Positions 53,236 through 64,000 of a stretch of 64,000 nt of DNA are shown one piece after another. This DNA is from Octopus vulgaris (taxonomy: Eukaryota), in the NCBI GenBank assembly GCA_951406725.2, contig OX597824.1, positions 85,560,001 through 85,624,000 of the forward strand, written 5' to 3'. Under the pieces are notes generated by a model that saw only the letters and a list, made by a program, of their open reading frames with translations, did not search any database and was not told where the DNA came from. Both the position numbers and the translations under genes were made by a program. Positions within the stretch are counted from its first letter, which is position 1; every line of letters begins with the position of its first letter.

Positions 53236-53691
53236 AGGCGGCGAGCTGGCAGAATTGTTAGCCCCGGCGAAATGCTAAGCGGTATTTCGTCCGCCTTCAC
53301 ATTCTAAGTTCAAATCCCACTGAGGTCGACTTTGCCTTTCGTCCTTTCGGAGTCGATAAATTAAGTACCAGTGAAATACTGGGGTCGATGTAACATAATC
53401 TCATCTCCTCCCCCAAAATGGCTGCCTTTGTGGCAAAATTTGAAGCCATTTTATATCCTATTTCTTTACTACCCACAAGGGGCTAAACACAGAGGGGACA
53501 AACAAGGACAGACAAAGGGATTAAGTCGATTATATCGACCCCAGTGCGTAACTGGTACCTATTTAATCGACCCCGAAAGGATGAAAGGCAAAGTCGACCT
53601 CGGCGGAATTTGAACTCAGAACGTAGCGATAAACGAAATACCGCAAAGCATTTCGCCCGGCGTGCTAACGTTTCTGCCAGCTCGCCGCCTT
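53236..53691. mobile_element. Inverted pair of SINE A copies; the minus copy has a ~20-bp TSD
   Basis: ttgaa(g/a)ccattttatatcct at ~53440 and ~53690. Confidence 0.9.
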
Positions 53692-54065
53692 GAAACCATT
53701 TTATATCCTGTCGTCATAACGTGTTTTATTGAAGCAACTTTCCTCTCCACTGATGAGGTTGATAGAGCGTGTAAAAGACACTAAACTCCCGGTGGAAACG
53801 CTAGGACACCATTATGGAATAGTGCGTGTCTTGGGCATTTTAAACTGAATAGAGATGGTAATTCTCCAGGCTTGACCACAGAGAGAAAGAAAAAAGAAAA
53901 CAGATTCGACCCTAGTAGGATGACAGGAAAAGATGACCCGGACAGGAACTGGACTCAGAGGGGACTGTGAACTGAATATCGCCAGACATAACATTCGATT
54001 TTCTGATGACTCTGCCAATGCACTGTCTTATTTAACCAACCACCTTTTACCAGATTTAATCTACC

Positions 54066-54118
<53 letters not shown>

Positions 54119-54140
54119 GGTGGTGGTGGTGGTGGTGGTG

Positions 54141-54204
<64 letters not shown>

Positions 54205-54211
54205 TAGTAGC

Positions 54212-54276
<65 letters not shown>
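54066..54276. repeat. (GTA)n/(GGT)n microsatellite
   Basis: Visible directly. Confidence 0.97.
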
Positions 54277-54690
54277 CGCACAGAGGGCGGCAAAAGGACA
54301 TACGGGATAACAGAAAAACACATATATAGTACAAGTGGACATGCTTGACCCTCATCAGTTATCGACCAAATACCACCACGATTTCGACACCTACGATATA
54401 ATCTACCATATTTTGGTCACTGAACATACAGTTGGTAGACCTATCTTTTGCCTAGTTTAACACCACTGCCAGGACATTATATACCTTTAGCGAAGTCTGT
54501 TACAAGCATGTAAGACCAAGTCTCTGGTCTAAGGATAACCTTCTTTGTTCTCATTAATCCCATTAATTCAGAGACTTTGAAAAAGGCATAGACAGTGCTT
54601 TTTTGACTTAGCTATAAAAGAACTAACATTCTGAAAGCCTTTGAAAGGATTTGGTTTTCTGGTTATGGACATTTACATTTCATTTTGACA

Positions 54691-55087
54691 TCTTTATATA
54701 TAAAAGTAAGGTTGTGTGCTGTCTGTCTCCTACGATTTAGATTCCTAACTACTCCCACATTTTGCGGTGCAGTTTAACCAAAACCGGGTATCTTATAGTC
54801 GTGATTCATATCGAGCCCTTCTGGGTATTAGCGCGCATCTACGATGAGTCTACGATTTAAAAAAAATTTACCATCAATTTTTCCCATTTTTAATCCATTT
54901 TTGGCATATATAAGTAACTCTCTAAAAATGTATTATTAAATCTCAGAACGTAAAAAGCTACAGTAACACGCCCCCCCCCCCCTTTATGGTTAGCCATATT
55001 GAGATGGCTATTATACTTTACATCTCTAAAAATGCTTATATAGTTATTTCCCTTACAAACCCGAGCAACGCTGGGCGATACTGCTAG
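54691..55087 (+). mobile_element. Non-autonomous Helitron
   Basis: A|TCTTTATATATAAAAG ... cccgagcaacgctgggcgatactgCTAG|T. Confidence 0.88.
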
Positions 55088-55384
55088 TAATTGATAAATC
55101 ACTATGGAAATGCATGAATATCATAATTCCATTACTCTTTAGCATTAAACAACAGGGTTATTCCTTTTGTTTCTCTTCTTTTCTGTCCCTTATACTTGTA
55201 TTTTAACCCAATCTTTTCTTCCACATAAGCAACTCTTATAAACAGGAGAATCACCACCGTACATCATGTACAGGTCTGATATTCATCTTCCGCTGGGAGA
55301 GAGTTCCTATCACATGCCTGACATATCTATGTAGATGTAAGTGTTTGCATATGTATCCTGTATATAGGAATACACGCTCATATC

Positions 55385-55615
55385 TCTCTCTTTACTCTTT
55401 ACTCTTTTACTTGCTTCAGTCACGTGACTGTGGCCATGCTGGAGCACCGCCTTTAGTCGAGCAAATCGACCCCATGACTTATTCTTTGTAAGCCTAGTAC
55501 TTATTCTATCAATCTCTTTTGCCGAACCGCTAAGTTACGGGGACGTAAACACACCAGCATCGGTTGTCAAGCGATGTTGGGGGGGACAAACACAGACACA
55601 CAAATATATACACAC

Positions 55616-55683
<68 letters not shown>

Positions 55684-55843
55684 GACGGGCTTCTTTCAGT
55701 TTCCGTCTACCAAATCCACTCACAAGGCTTTGGTCGGCCCGAGACTATAGTAGAAGACACTTGCCCAAGGTGCCACGTAGTGGGACTGAACCCGGCCCAT
55801 GTGGTTCGTAAGCAAGCTACTTATCACACAGCCACTTCTACGC
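55385..55843 (-). mobile_element. SINE family C
   Basis: Full-length match. Confidence 0.9.
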
Positions 55844-56440
55844 ATATGTTTCCTTATGTGTACATATACGTGTGTGCTTGTATGTATACATGACTGCATG
55901 TATATATGTATATGTGTGTTTTATTCATGTTTTCAAATTATAATACGCTTCACTTTCTCTCAGTATTGAGCCTCCGGGAAACTTGTAATAACTGAAATTT
56001 GGACTATTGGTATAAAGTTCATTCCCCAAATACTTATAATTCTTATAATTTCGAACCAAAAATCACTGCGGCAGCTGGCAAGTCGACAACTGAAGTTGTA
56101 GTTTTGTACAAATGCCTTCTTCGTTAACGATGTAATTGTAGTCATATTTTATTTTGTTTATGTATTATAATCCGTGTGTGTATGTGTATATTGATATAGA
56201 TACATAAACACGAACATACATACATACACACATCAATCTATACATATTTGTCTTGGATAATTCCTTCCGGGCAATTTCACTTAAATCTTCTTATAGCTGC
56301 ATTGTGTACACACACAGATGCACGCACAATCAAGAACATAAACCTATGCAAATTCAACCACGTGCACACTCAATAACACACAGACACAAGGGCGCGCACT
56401 TACACATATACACTCAAAGAGTAAGCGGATCTCCGGCAGT

Positions 56441-56535
56441 TTGCCGATGAATATACCAATTTTCGGCTCAACCAAACTGTTTACAGTTCAAATAACAGTT
56501 TCCAGCAGCTGAGCATTGCATAGAAACGTGTACAG
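56441..56535 (+). ncRNA. Candidate hammerhead with long stem II (CCGAUGA variant)
   Basis: ttg CCGATGA a-tat-[~65 nt]-ata GAAA cgtg TA cag; short stems. Confidence 0.45.
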
Positions 56536-56807
56536 TTGATGTTATTCTCACTCAGAATCAACATCACCGGTGGGTGGGTGATGGGGAGCAAGCTTATGCA
56601 GGCTTAAACAGCACCAAAGGTATCGCCCCAATAAAAACATCGTCCGGAACGCCCACCAAACATATAACAGCTACGCTACTGAGAAATGTACAGACACACG
56701 TATATGAAAGTGAAAGTACACGTGCGTACACACACGAATGCACGCACACGCACACACACGTATATGCATGTATGCATATGTTATAAAACACATATTATAC
56801 ATACTTA

Positions 56808-57420
56808 ATTCTTTATTGCCCACAAGGGGCTAAACATAGAGGAGATAGACAAAGGGACCAAGTCGATTACATCGACTCCACTGCGTAACTGGTACTTATT
56901 TAATAGACCCCGAAAGGATGGAAGACAAAGTCGACCTCGACGGAATTTGAACTCAGAACGTAGCGGCAGATGAAATACCTATTTCTTTACTACCCACAAA
57001 GGGCTAAACACTGAGGGGACAAACAAGGACAGACAAACGGATTAAGTCGATTATATCGACCCCAGTGCGTAACTGGTACTTATTTAATCAACCCCGAAAG
57101 GATGGAAGACAAAGTCAACCTCGACGGAATTTGAACTCACAACGTAACGCAGATGATATACCGCTAGGCATTTTTCCTGGTGTGCTAACGATTCTGCCAG
57201 CTCATTGGCGATGAACTGGCAGAATCGTCAGCACGCAGGGCCAAATGCTTAGCAGTATTTCGTCCGTCTTTATGTTCTGAGTTCAAATTCCACCGGGGTC
57301 GACTCTGACTTTCATCCTTTCGGGGTCGATAAAATAAGTACTAGTTGTCACTTGGGATCGATGTAATCGACTTAACTCCCATCTCCAACTGCTGTCCTTG
57401 TGCCAAAATCTGAAATCAAT
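56808..57420. mobile_element. SINE A dimer (minus) head-to-head with a plus copy
   Basis: Similarity to other A copies. Confidence 0.85.
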
Positions 57421-58218
57421 AGACATACCAACAGTACTTATGGAATTCTTACGATTATTTTGAAAAATATAACACCGTTGGTTGTAGAGAACCTTAGCTG
57501 CTTTTGAAGTTGTATTATTTATGGGGCATTTGATCCTTAAGATAGTGTTGAAGCATCTATCTTAAGAGAGAACAAACAAGGACAAACAAACGGATTAAGT
57601 CGATTACATTTGACCCCAGTGCGTAACTGGTGCTTAATTTATCGACCCCGAAAGGATGAAAGGCAAAGTCGACCTCGGCAGAATTTGAACCCAGAACGTT
57701 AGCCCCTTGTGGGTAGTAAAGAAAAATATCTTAAGAGAGAACATGTCTGAGCTCTCTAGTCTTTGTCCGGTCTTTCTACATTAAGAATTGGTATCTGTTA
57801 TTTTTATTATTACATCAAGAAGCGAACGAGCTCTACTAGAAAGGGTCACGTAGTTGTCCACGAGAAAGTGTTGGCCCACTGATCTTTTGCCTTTCCATTG
57901 TAATTATGTTATTAGAATTTGAAACATAATCATCCATAGATACAGCAAAATATGTTATTAGAATTATTGAAAAATCTGTTGAAAAAAACAGTGTATAGAA
58001 GCAATCTCGCTATGAATAATTGTTACAGTGAAAAGCATAACAACAACAACATCAAAAGCATAATCTATTTGTAATGTTATTCTATTGCGGTATCGCTTTG
58101 ACGAATCGTAATACAATGCACTACATCCTTATTTTCATATCAGCAAAAAAATCATATTGCTGAACATGAATCCAGAAACCGAGTGAACTAAAAACAGTGG
58201 CTGCCCACTCAGCTGTGA

Positions 58219-58251
<33 letters not shown>

Positions 58252-59654
58252 ATCTAATTTGAAATGCTTATTACCTCATCAAATGTCTTGCGAATAATAT
58301 AATTCAAATGTCATCTCAATAATAAATTATGACGTTGATTTCGTTCCATAGTATATTAATCAACAGCGTTACGAGTACAATAAAAGTTTTGTGTATTAGA
58401 TTTTACATTCGTTTTGTTTTATAGTTATATCTTTACCAAGACCGTCGCAAAATGATATCATATGCATGTAATCATAAGTGTATATAAATGAATGTATATA
58501 TTTGAATAATCAAAAAGAATGACAGCAAATACGTCTGTGTTGTTTCAAAATAATATGCATTATATAACATGTATTCAGTGTTTCAGTTATTTTATTCACA
58601 CCCTTCCTGCAACTCCCTTGCCCTGTAAAACGACTCATAAAGGAGAAGGCCACTCAAACATAAAACCTGCAACTTTCTGATCGCCGTAGCCCGCTGAGCC
58701 ACAGTAGTCAGATCTCCAAGTCTAATTGCGTGAACTGACACTCACAACTATATTAAGTGCTGGCAAGAAGAAAAGCCGTGTAGTGTCAAGGATCGGTTTA
58801 CATAGCCAATTAACGGCGTACTGCTTTTCGTCGAGAACTTCGGACACGAAGATACTGCCATCATCCATGTTAGTAAGAATTAATAAATATTGTCCGTAGC
58901 TAAATGTGTATTATTTAAAGTGATGTGTATACATTAACAAACCAGGGCCAGATTATAGCCAATTGATTGTCTCAATCACGACCCAATAATGGTACCCGAT
59001 CGACACTTCCGTAATCCAACTGACAGAGTATTAAAACATAATGAGTGATGAATGTGAAATAATACTTCTTTCTAATTTTGGAACAAGGCCAGCAATTTTG
59101 AAGAGAGGCGAAAGTTGATTACATCGACTCCATCTGGTATTATATTTTATCGACCCCCGAAAGTATGAATGAAAGGCAAAACTGACCTCGGCAGAATTTG
59201 AACTCAGAACGTAAAGCGCCGGAAGTAATGCCATTAAATATCCAGTCCAACTCATTTAATGATTCTGCCAGCTCGCCGTTAGTAGGTTAAAAATTCAGTT
59301 TTCTTACAAGAGATTTCCCAGACCAAATTACTATATTAAATATACGCTGCCTTTTAATTTTATTTATTAAACTCTAAACGGAAGTAAGCAATATACGAAA
59401 ATTATATACTTAATTATATATAGCTACGACAGCAAAGCGAAATGAAAATTTTCAACACGTTACTGTTAGTTTTGTTTTTGTTTTTTATTTTTATAATATA
59501 CCATGTGCATCAAGGTAAATGCGGCACTGAAAAAAAATCTGTGTGTGTATAAGAAAGACAGAGAGAGCGGGGAGAGAACTACCGAGAATGCTACAATGTA
59601 CGTATGTATATAAGTACGTATGTATATAAGTACGTATGTTCGTGTGTATGTATG

Positions 59655-60170
59655 TCGCATAGTCGAGTCGGCGACGACTGAACCAGCAACCCTATGGAAC
59701 ATGCTTGTTAATGTGGATAGTTTTCATTGGACACCCTGCAGAATGGAAAACAAAACCTGTCAAAGGGCGGGTGAACTCAGTAGAGTCAGCGGCCATCCAA
59801 CAATTGCAAGTGGGAGACGGCTAGTCTTTGTTTAAATATCTTTTTAGAAGGAACACTCTGATGTAATACCCGTGACTTGCATCTCATCGTATAGACCAGT
59901 TCTTCATTTTGGACAAGTCCATATATTGCTTAGAGAGTGGAAGGCCTTTCTTTACTTTTCAGGACTTCAGATACAGATATTGCTTAAGTTTTAAACATTT
60001 CGATTTGAGAAATGCAAAGCACTCAATAAAAAATTCCATGATGGAATGAAAGCATGCGTCAATGTGGGTAATAACTCTCTGAACACCTGTTGCAAGCGGG
60101 ACCCATCGTTTCCACATCTGTAAAAAACGGTTAAGTCCCAAGCAGGATTGAAAAGCCACATCGTCCGCTC
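59655..60170 (+). pseudogene. Heavily degraded RTE-like LINE (5' UTR plus RT relic)
   Basis: 5' UTR like 15690-15830; KFHDGMKACVNVG motif at ~60030. Confidence 0.5.
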
Positions 60171-60313
60171 GTGTTTAGGAATTACAATCAAGCGATAGAA
60201 TTAATAGAAATCAAGTTGCAGCTATCATTCATTCATTCATTCACGTATGTATGTCTGCCTGCCTACATGTCTGTTTGTATGTATGTATTGTGCATGCATC
60301 CATTTATGTAAGA

Positions 60314-60616
60314 CTAGCAGTATCGCCCGGCGTTGCTCGGGTTTGTAAGGGAAATAACTATATAAGCATTTTTAGAGAGTTACTTCCCTTATATAAACCG
60401 AGCAAAAAATGCATTAAAAAAACGAAAAAATGATGGTAATTTTTTTTTAATCGTAGACTCATCGTAGACGCGCGCTAATACCCAGAAGGGCTCGATATGA
60501 ATGACGACTATAAGATACCCGCTTTTGGTTAAACTGCACCGCAAAATGTGAGAGTAGTTAGGAATCTAATTCGGAGGAGACAGACTCTCACACAACTTCA
60601 GTTTTATATATAAAGA
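60314..60616 (-). mobile_element. Non-autonomous Helitron
   Basis: Near-identical to 34884-35186. Confidence 0.88.
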
Positions 60617-61898
60617 TGAAAACCGTCACATTTACGAAAATACATAACAATCATTGACGCACTAAATTAAATTCGAGAACAGTTTTTCACGATCTTTAAA
60701 TTTGTTTCGCCACATATACTCATGAAGATATGACATAAATAAATCATTACTAGCCACACATTGTGGCCTAATTTACTTCTTGGTAAGCATCTATCACCCT
60801 TCTATAGTCTCATCACTTCTGGTTTCTATCGCGACTTTAACTTTTTTACGGCGGTAAATTGCATGATAATCTTGAATAACAGCCTATTCCGCATAAATTT
60901 CTCATAAACACAGACATCTTCCTCGGCTAAAAGGAAATTTTCATTGATGTACATAAGTATGTACATAAGGACATATATATGTGCTTATAACTGCATTCAA
61001 TGGCATAAAAGACTCATGGATATATAAGACCCATATCAATTTCAGAAGCGCATATTCAGGAAAAAGTAAGTTTTTAGTGCATTAAAGCTTATGAGAGACC
61101 CAACTTCGCATATAGAAACCGGGATGATTTTTGAGACATTTTCTTATACGCCATCAAATACGGTAATTTGTGATATGTGAGCAAGCGCTGGAGTAATCAT
61201 TAAGCAAAATAAGCATGTGCTTAAAGCATCAAGAGAAGGAGGCGCCACAGAATTGGTAAACGTTATTGAGTAGGTCTTTCCATATAGAGACATTAGCTTT
61301 CGTATATTTTTAAGACTGATGCTCCAGATTGCTCAGTTGAATGTTAAGTTGGAGTATATTAAAATCGTATCGGAACAACTATACAATAAGACATGTTGGA
61401 TGCCTTATCTCCACCAAGTAGAGAAGCAGATGTGTTACGTAAGATTAATTTTGAGAATCTGATCAAAAGAAAGGTAGGAGTAAATCTTCAAATATAAAGT
61501 GGGAGTATACAAAAATAAACATTATTTTGCATCTTACTGTTAGTTATATTTTTTTCATTTTGAAAAATATAAATTTATTTTATGGTTTATTATTATTTTG
61601 AATTACATATATATATAGGTGAGAATTGTCAAAATATTTTAAGTGCTTATGGCCTCTATGGGTTTTAATCCGGCCCTAACATGTACGAATGTATTGATTC
61701 ACCTGGGTTTACACTAGCACCTACTACTAACTACAATTTAAGTAACACGACAATGTGGGGGCTACTACCTGGTCTCTATAGTCACTAAGAATACCAGCTA
61801 AATCTCCTTCATACCGGCATCTAACCATGATTTTAAAAAAATATTTTTAAAACCGTATTGGACAATATACTCTCTGATATACAAAAAGACAGGATGGT

Positions 61899-63401
61899 CA
61901 CAGTTAGTATATCTTAGATCAATATATCTATTTCTTTATTGCCCACAACGGGCTAAATATAGAGGGGACAGACAAAGGGATTACATCGACACCAGTGCAT
62001 AACTGGTACTTATTTAATCGATCCCGAAAGGATAAAAGGCAAAGTCGACCTCGGCGGAATTTGAACTCAGAACGCAACAGCAGACGAAATGCCGCTAAGC
62101 ATTTCGCCCGGCGATTACAACTAAACTGAGCTTAAACATCTACAAAAACAACTGCATATATAATTATGGAAGCTCTCCGTCGGTTGCGACGACGAGGGTT
62201 CAGTTTGATCCCAATCAACGGAACAGCCTGCTCGTGAAATTAACGTGTAAGTGGCTGAGCACTCCACAGACACGTGTACCCTTAACGTAGTTCTCGGGGA
62301 TATTCAGCGTGACACAGAGAGTGACAAGGCCGGCCCCTTGAAATACAGGTACAAGAGAAACAGGAAGTAAGAGTGAGAGAAAGTTGTGGTGAAAGAGTAC
62401 AGCAGGGATCACCACCATCCCCTGCCGGAGCCTCGTGGAGCTTTAGGTGTTTTTCGCTCAATAAACACTCACAACGCCCGGTCTGGGAATCGAAACCGTG
62501 ATCCTATGACCGCGAGTCCGCTGCCCTAACCACTGGGCCATTGCGCCTCCATTCACAGTTAGTATATCTTAGATCAATATATTTATTTCTTTATTACTCA
62601 CAACGGGCTAAATATAGAGGGGACAGACAAAGGGATTACATCGACACCAGTGCGTAACTGGTACTTATTTAATCGATCCCGAAAGGATAAAAGGCAAAGT
62701 CGACCTCGGTGGAATTTGAACTCAGAACGCAACAGCAGACGAAATGCCGCTAAGATTTTCGCCCGGCGATTACAACTAAACTGAGCTTAAACATCTACAA
62801 AAACAACTGCATATATAATTATGGAAGCTCTCCGTCGGTTGCGACGACGAGGGTTCAGTTTGATCCCAATCAACGGAACAGCCTGCTCGTGAAATTAACG
62901 TGTAAGTGGCTGAGCACTCCACAGACACGTGTACCCTTAACGTAGTTCTCGGGGATATTCAGCGTGACACAGAGAGTGACAAGGCCGGCCCCTTGAAATA
63001 CAGGTACAAGAGAAACAGGAAGTAAGAGTGAGAGAAAGTTGTGGTGAAAGAGTACAGCAGGGATCACCACCATCCCCTGCCGGAGCCTCGTGGAGCTTTT
63101 AGGTGTTTTTCGCTCAATAAACACTCACAACGCCCGGTCTGGGAATCGAAATCGCGATCCTACGACCGCTGCCCTAACCAGTGGGCCATTGCGCCTCCAC
63201 TCACAGTTAGTATATCTTAGATCAATATATTTATTTCTTTATTGCCCACAACGGGCTAAATATAGAGGGGACAGACAAAGGGATTACATCGACACCAGTG
63301 CATAACTGGTACTTATTTAATCGATCCCGAAACCGTGATCCTATGACCGCGAGTCCGCTGCCCTAACCACTGGGCCATTGCGCCTCCACATATATAATTA
63401 T
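61899..63401 (-). repeat. ~2.2-copy tandem duplication of a ~655-bp unit containing SINE A plus SINE B
   Basis: tcacagttagtatatcttagatcaatat at ~61898, 62553, 63201. Confidence 0.92.
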
Positions 63402-63675
63402 ATTCTCATAAAAAAGAAAGAAACATCGGCCAATAATCAAGCTACTCCAATTTTAGTCCAGGCAATTTCCATACACACAGTTGATTGCCTCTGCGGCAGT
63501 GAAATCCGAAACAAATATATCATTGATAAAAACATTCATGTGGTAATATATTAGATTGTTTGGGAAAAAATGACGAAGCATGAATTTCATTAGAATTGAA
63601 TTTCAACCGACTGGAATATGTATTTGACAAATAAATCTGATTACAGGCCTGATTAATTCTGTGTTTGTGTGTTTG

Positions 63676-63722
<47 letters not shown>

Positions 63723-64000
63723 TTCTGTTAAATGACAAAATAGATTGTAGTAATTACATAAAATAAAAGGACGGGCCAAAACAGAAATACCATGGAAATA
63801 TCTAAAAGGAAGTAACGTGAAGGAAATATAAAAAGACAAAAACGATAAAATTCAAAATGCCCGAAAGACACTTCTAATCTAAACCCTTAAACGGGAAATC
63901 TCTCACTCCCTTTCTCCCTTATCTCCCCTCTTTCTCGCCCTCTCTCCTCTCTCCCTTCATCTCCTCCCACTACTCCCTCGCCACATTTTTAAATAAATTG

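Noticed and set aside
53746-53806. CTGATGA...GAAACGCTA possible hammerhead
   Set aside because: Stems I and II do not pair convincingly

Overview
AT-rich, microsatellite-saturated eukaryotic DNA with no recognisable host exon. The SINE families suggest an Octopus genome (inference). The window is almost entirely mobile DNA: three tRNA-derived SINE families, non-autonomous Helitrons, Tc1/mariner, pogo and hAT relics, RTE and R4-like LINE fragments, one 5'-truncated but open Penelope-like element (RT + GIY-YIG, ORF 42033-43544) and a solitary 5S rRNA variant. Nearly all ORFs in the track are microsatellite or SINE artefacts. The main hidden signal is RNA structure: about 11 hammerhead ribozyme (HHR) motifs, mostly in small non-coding elements next to (TA)n tracts. 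Two of these elements (53-506 and 32394-33104) are homologous ~355/360-nt units, longer than one monomer and differently circularly permuted. Each carries an extended type I hammerhead and covarying hairpins, the signature of a retrozyme/circular-RNA replicon. Both, plus three other families, have an unusual CCGANGA core (U4C). All alignments and folds were done by eye and coordinates are approximate to a few bases.
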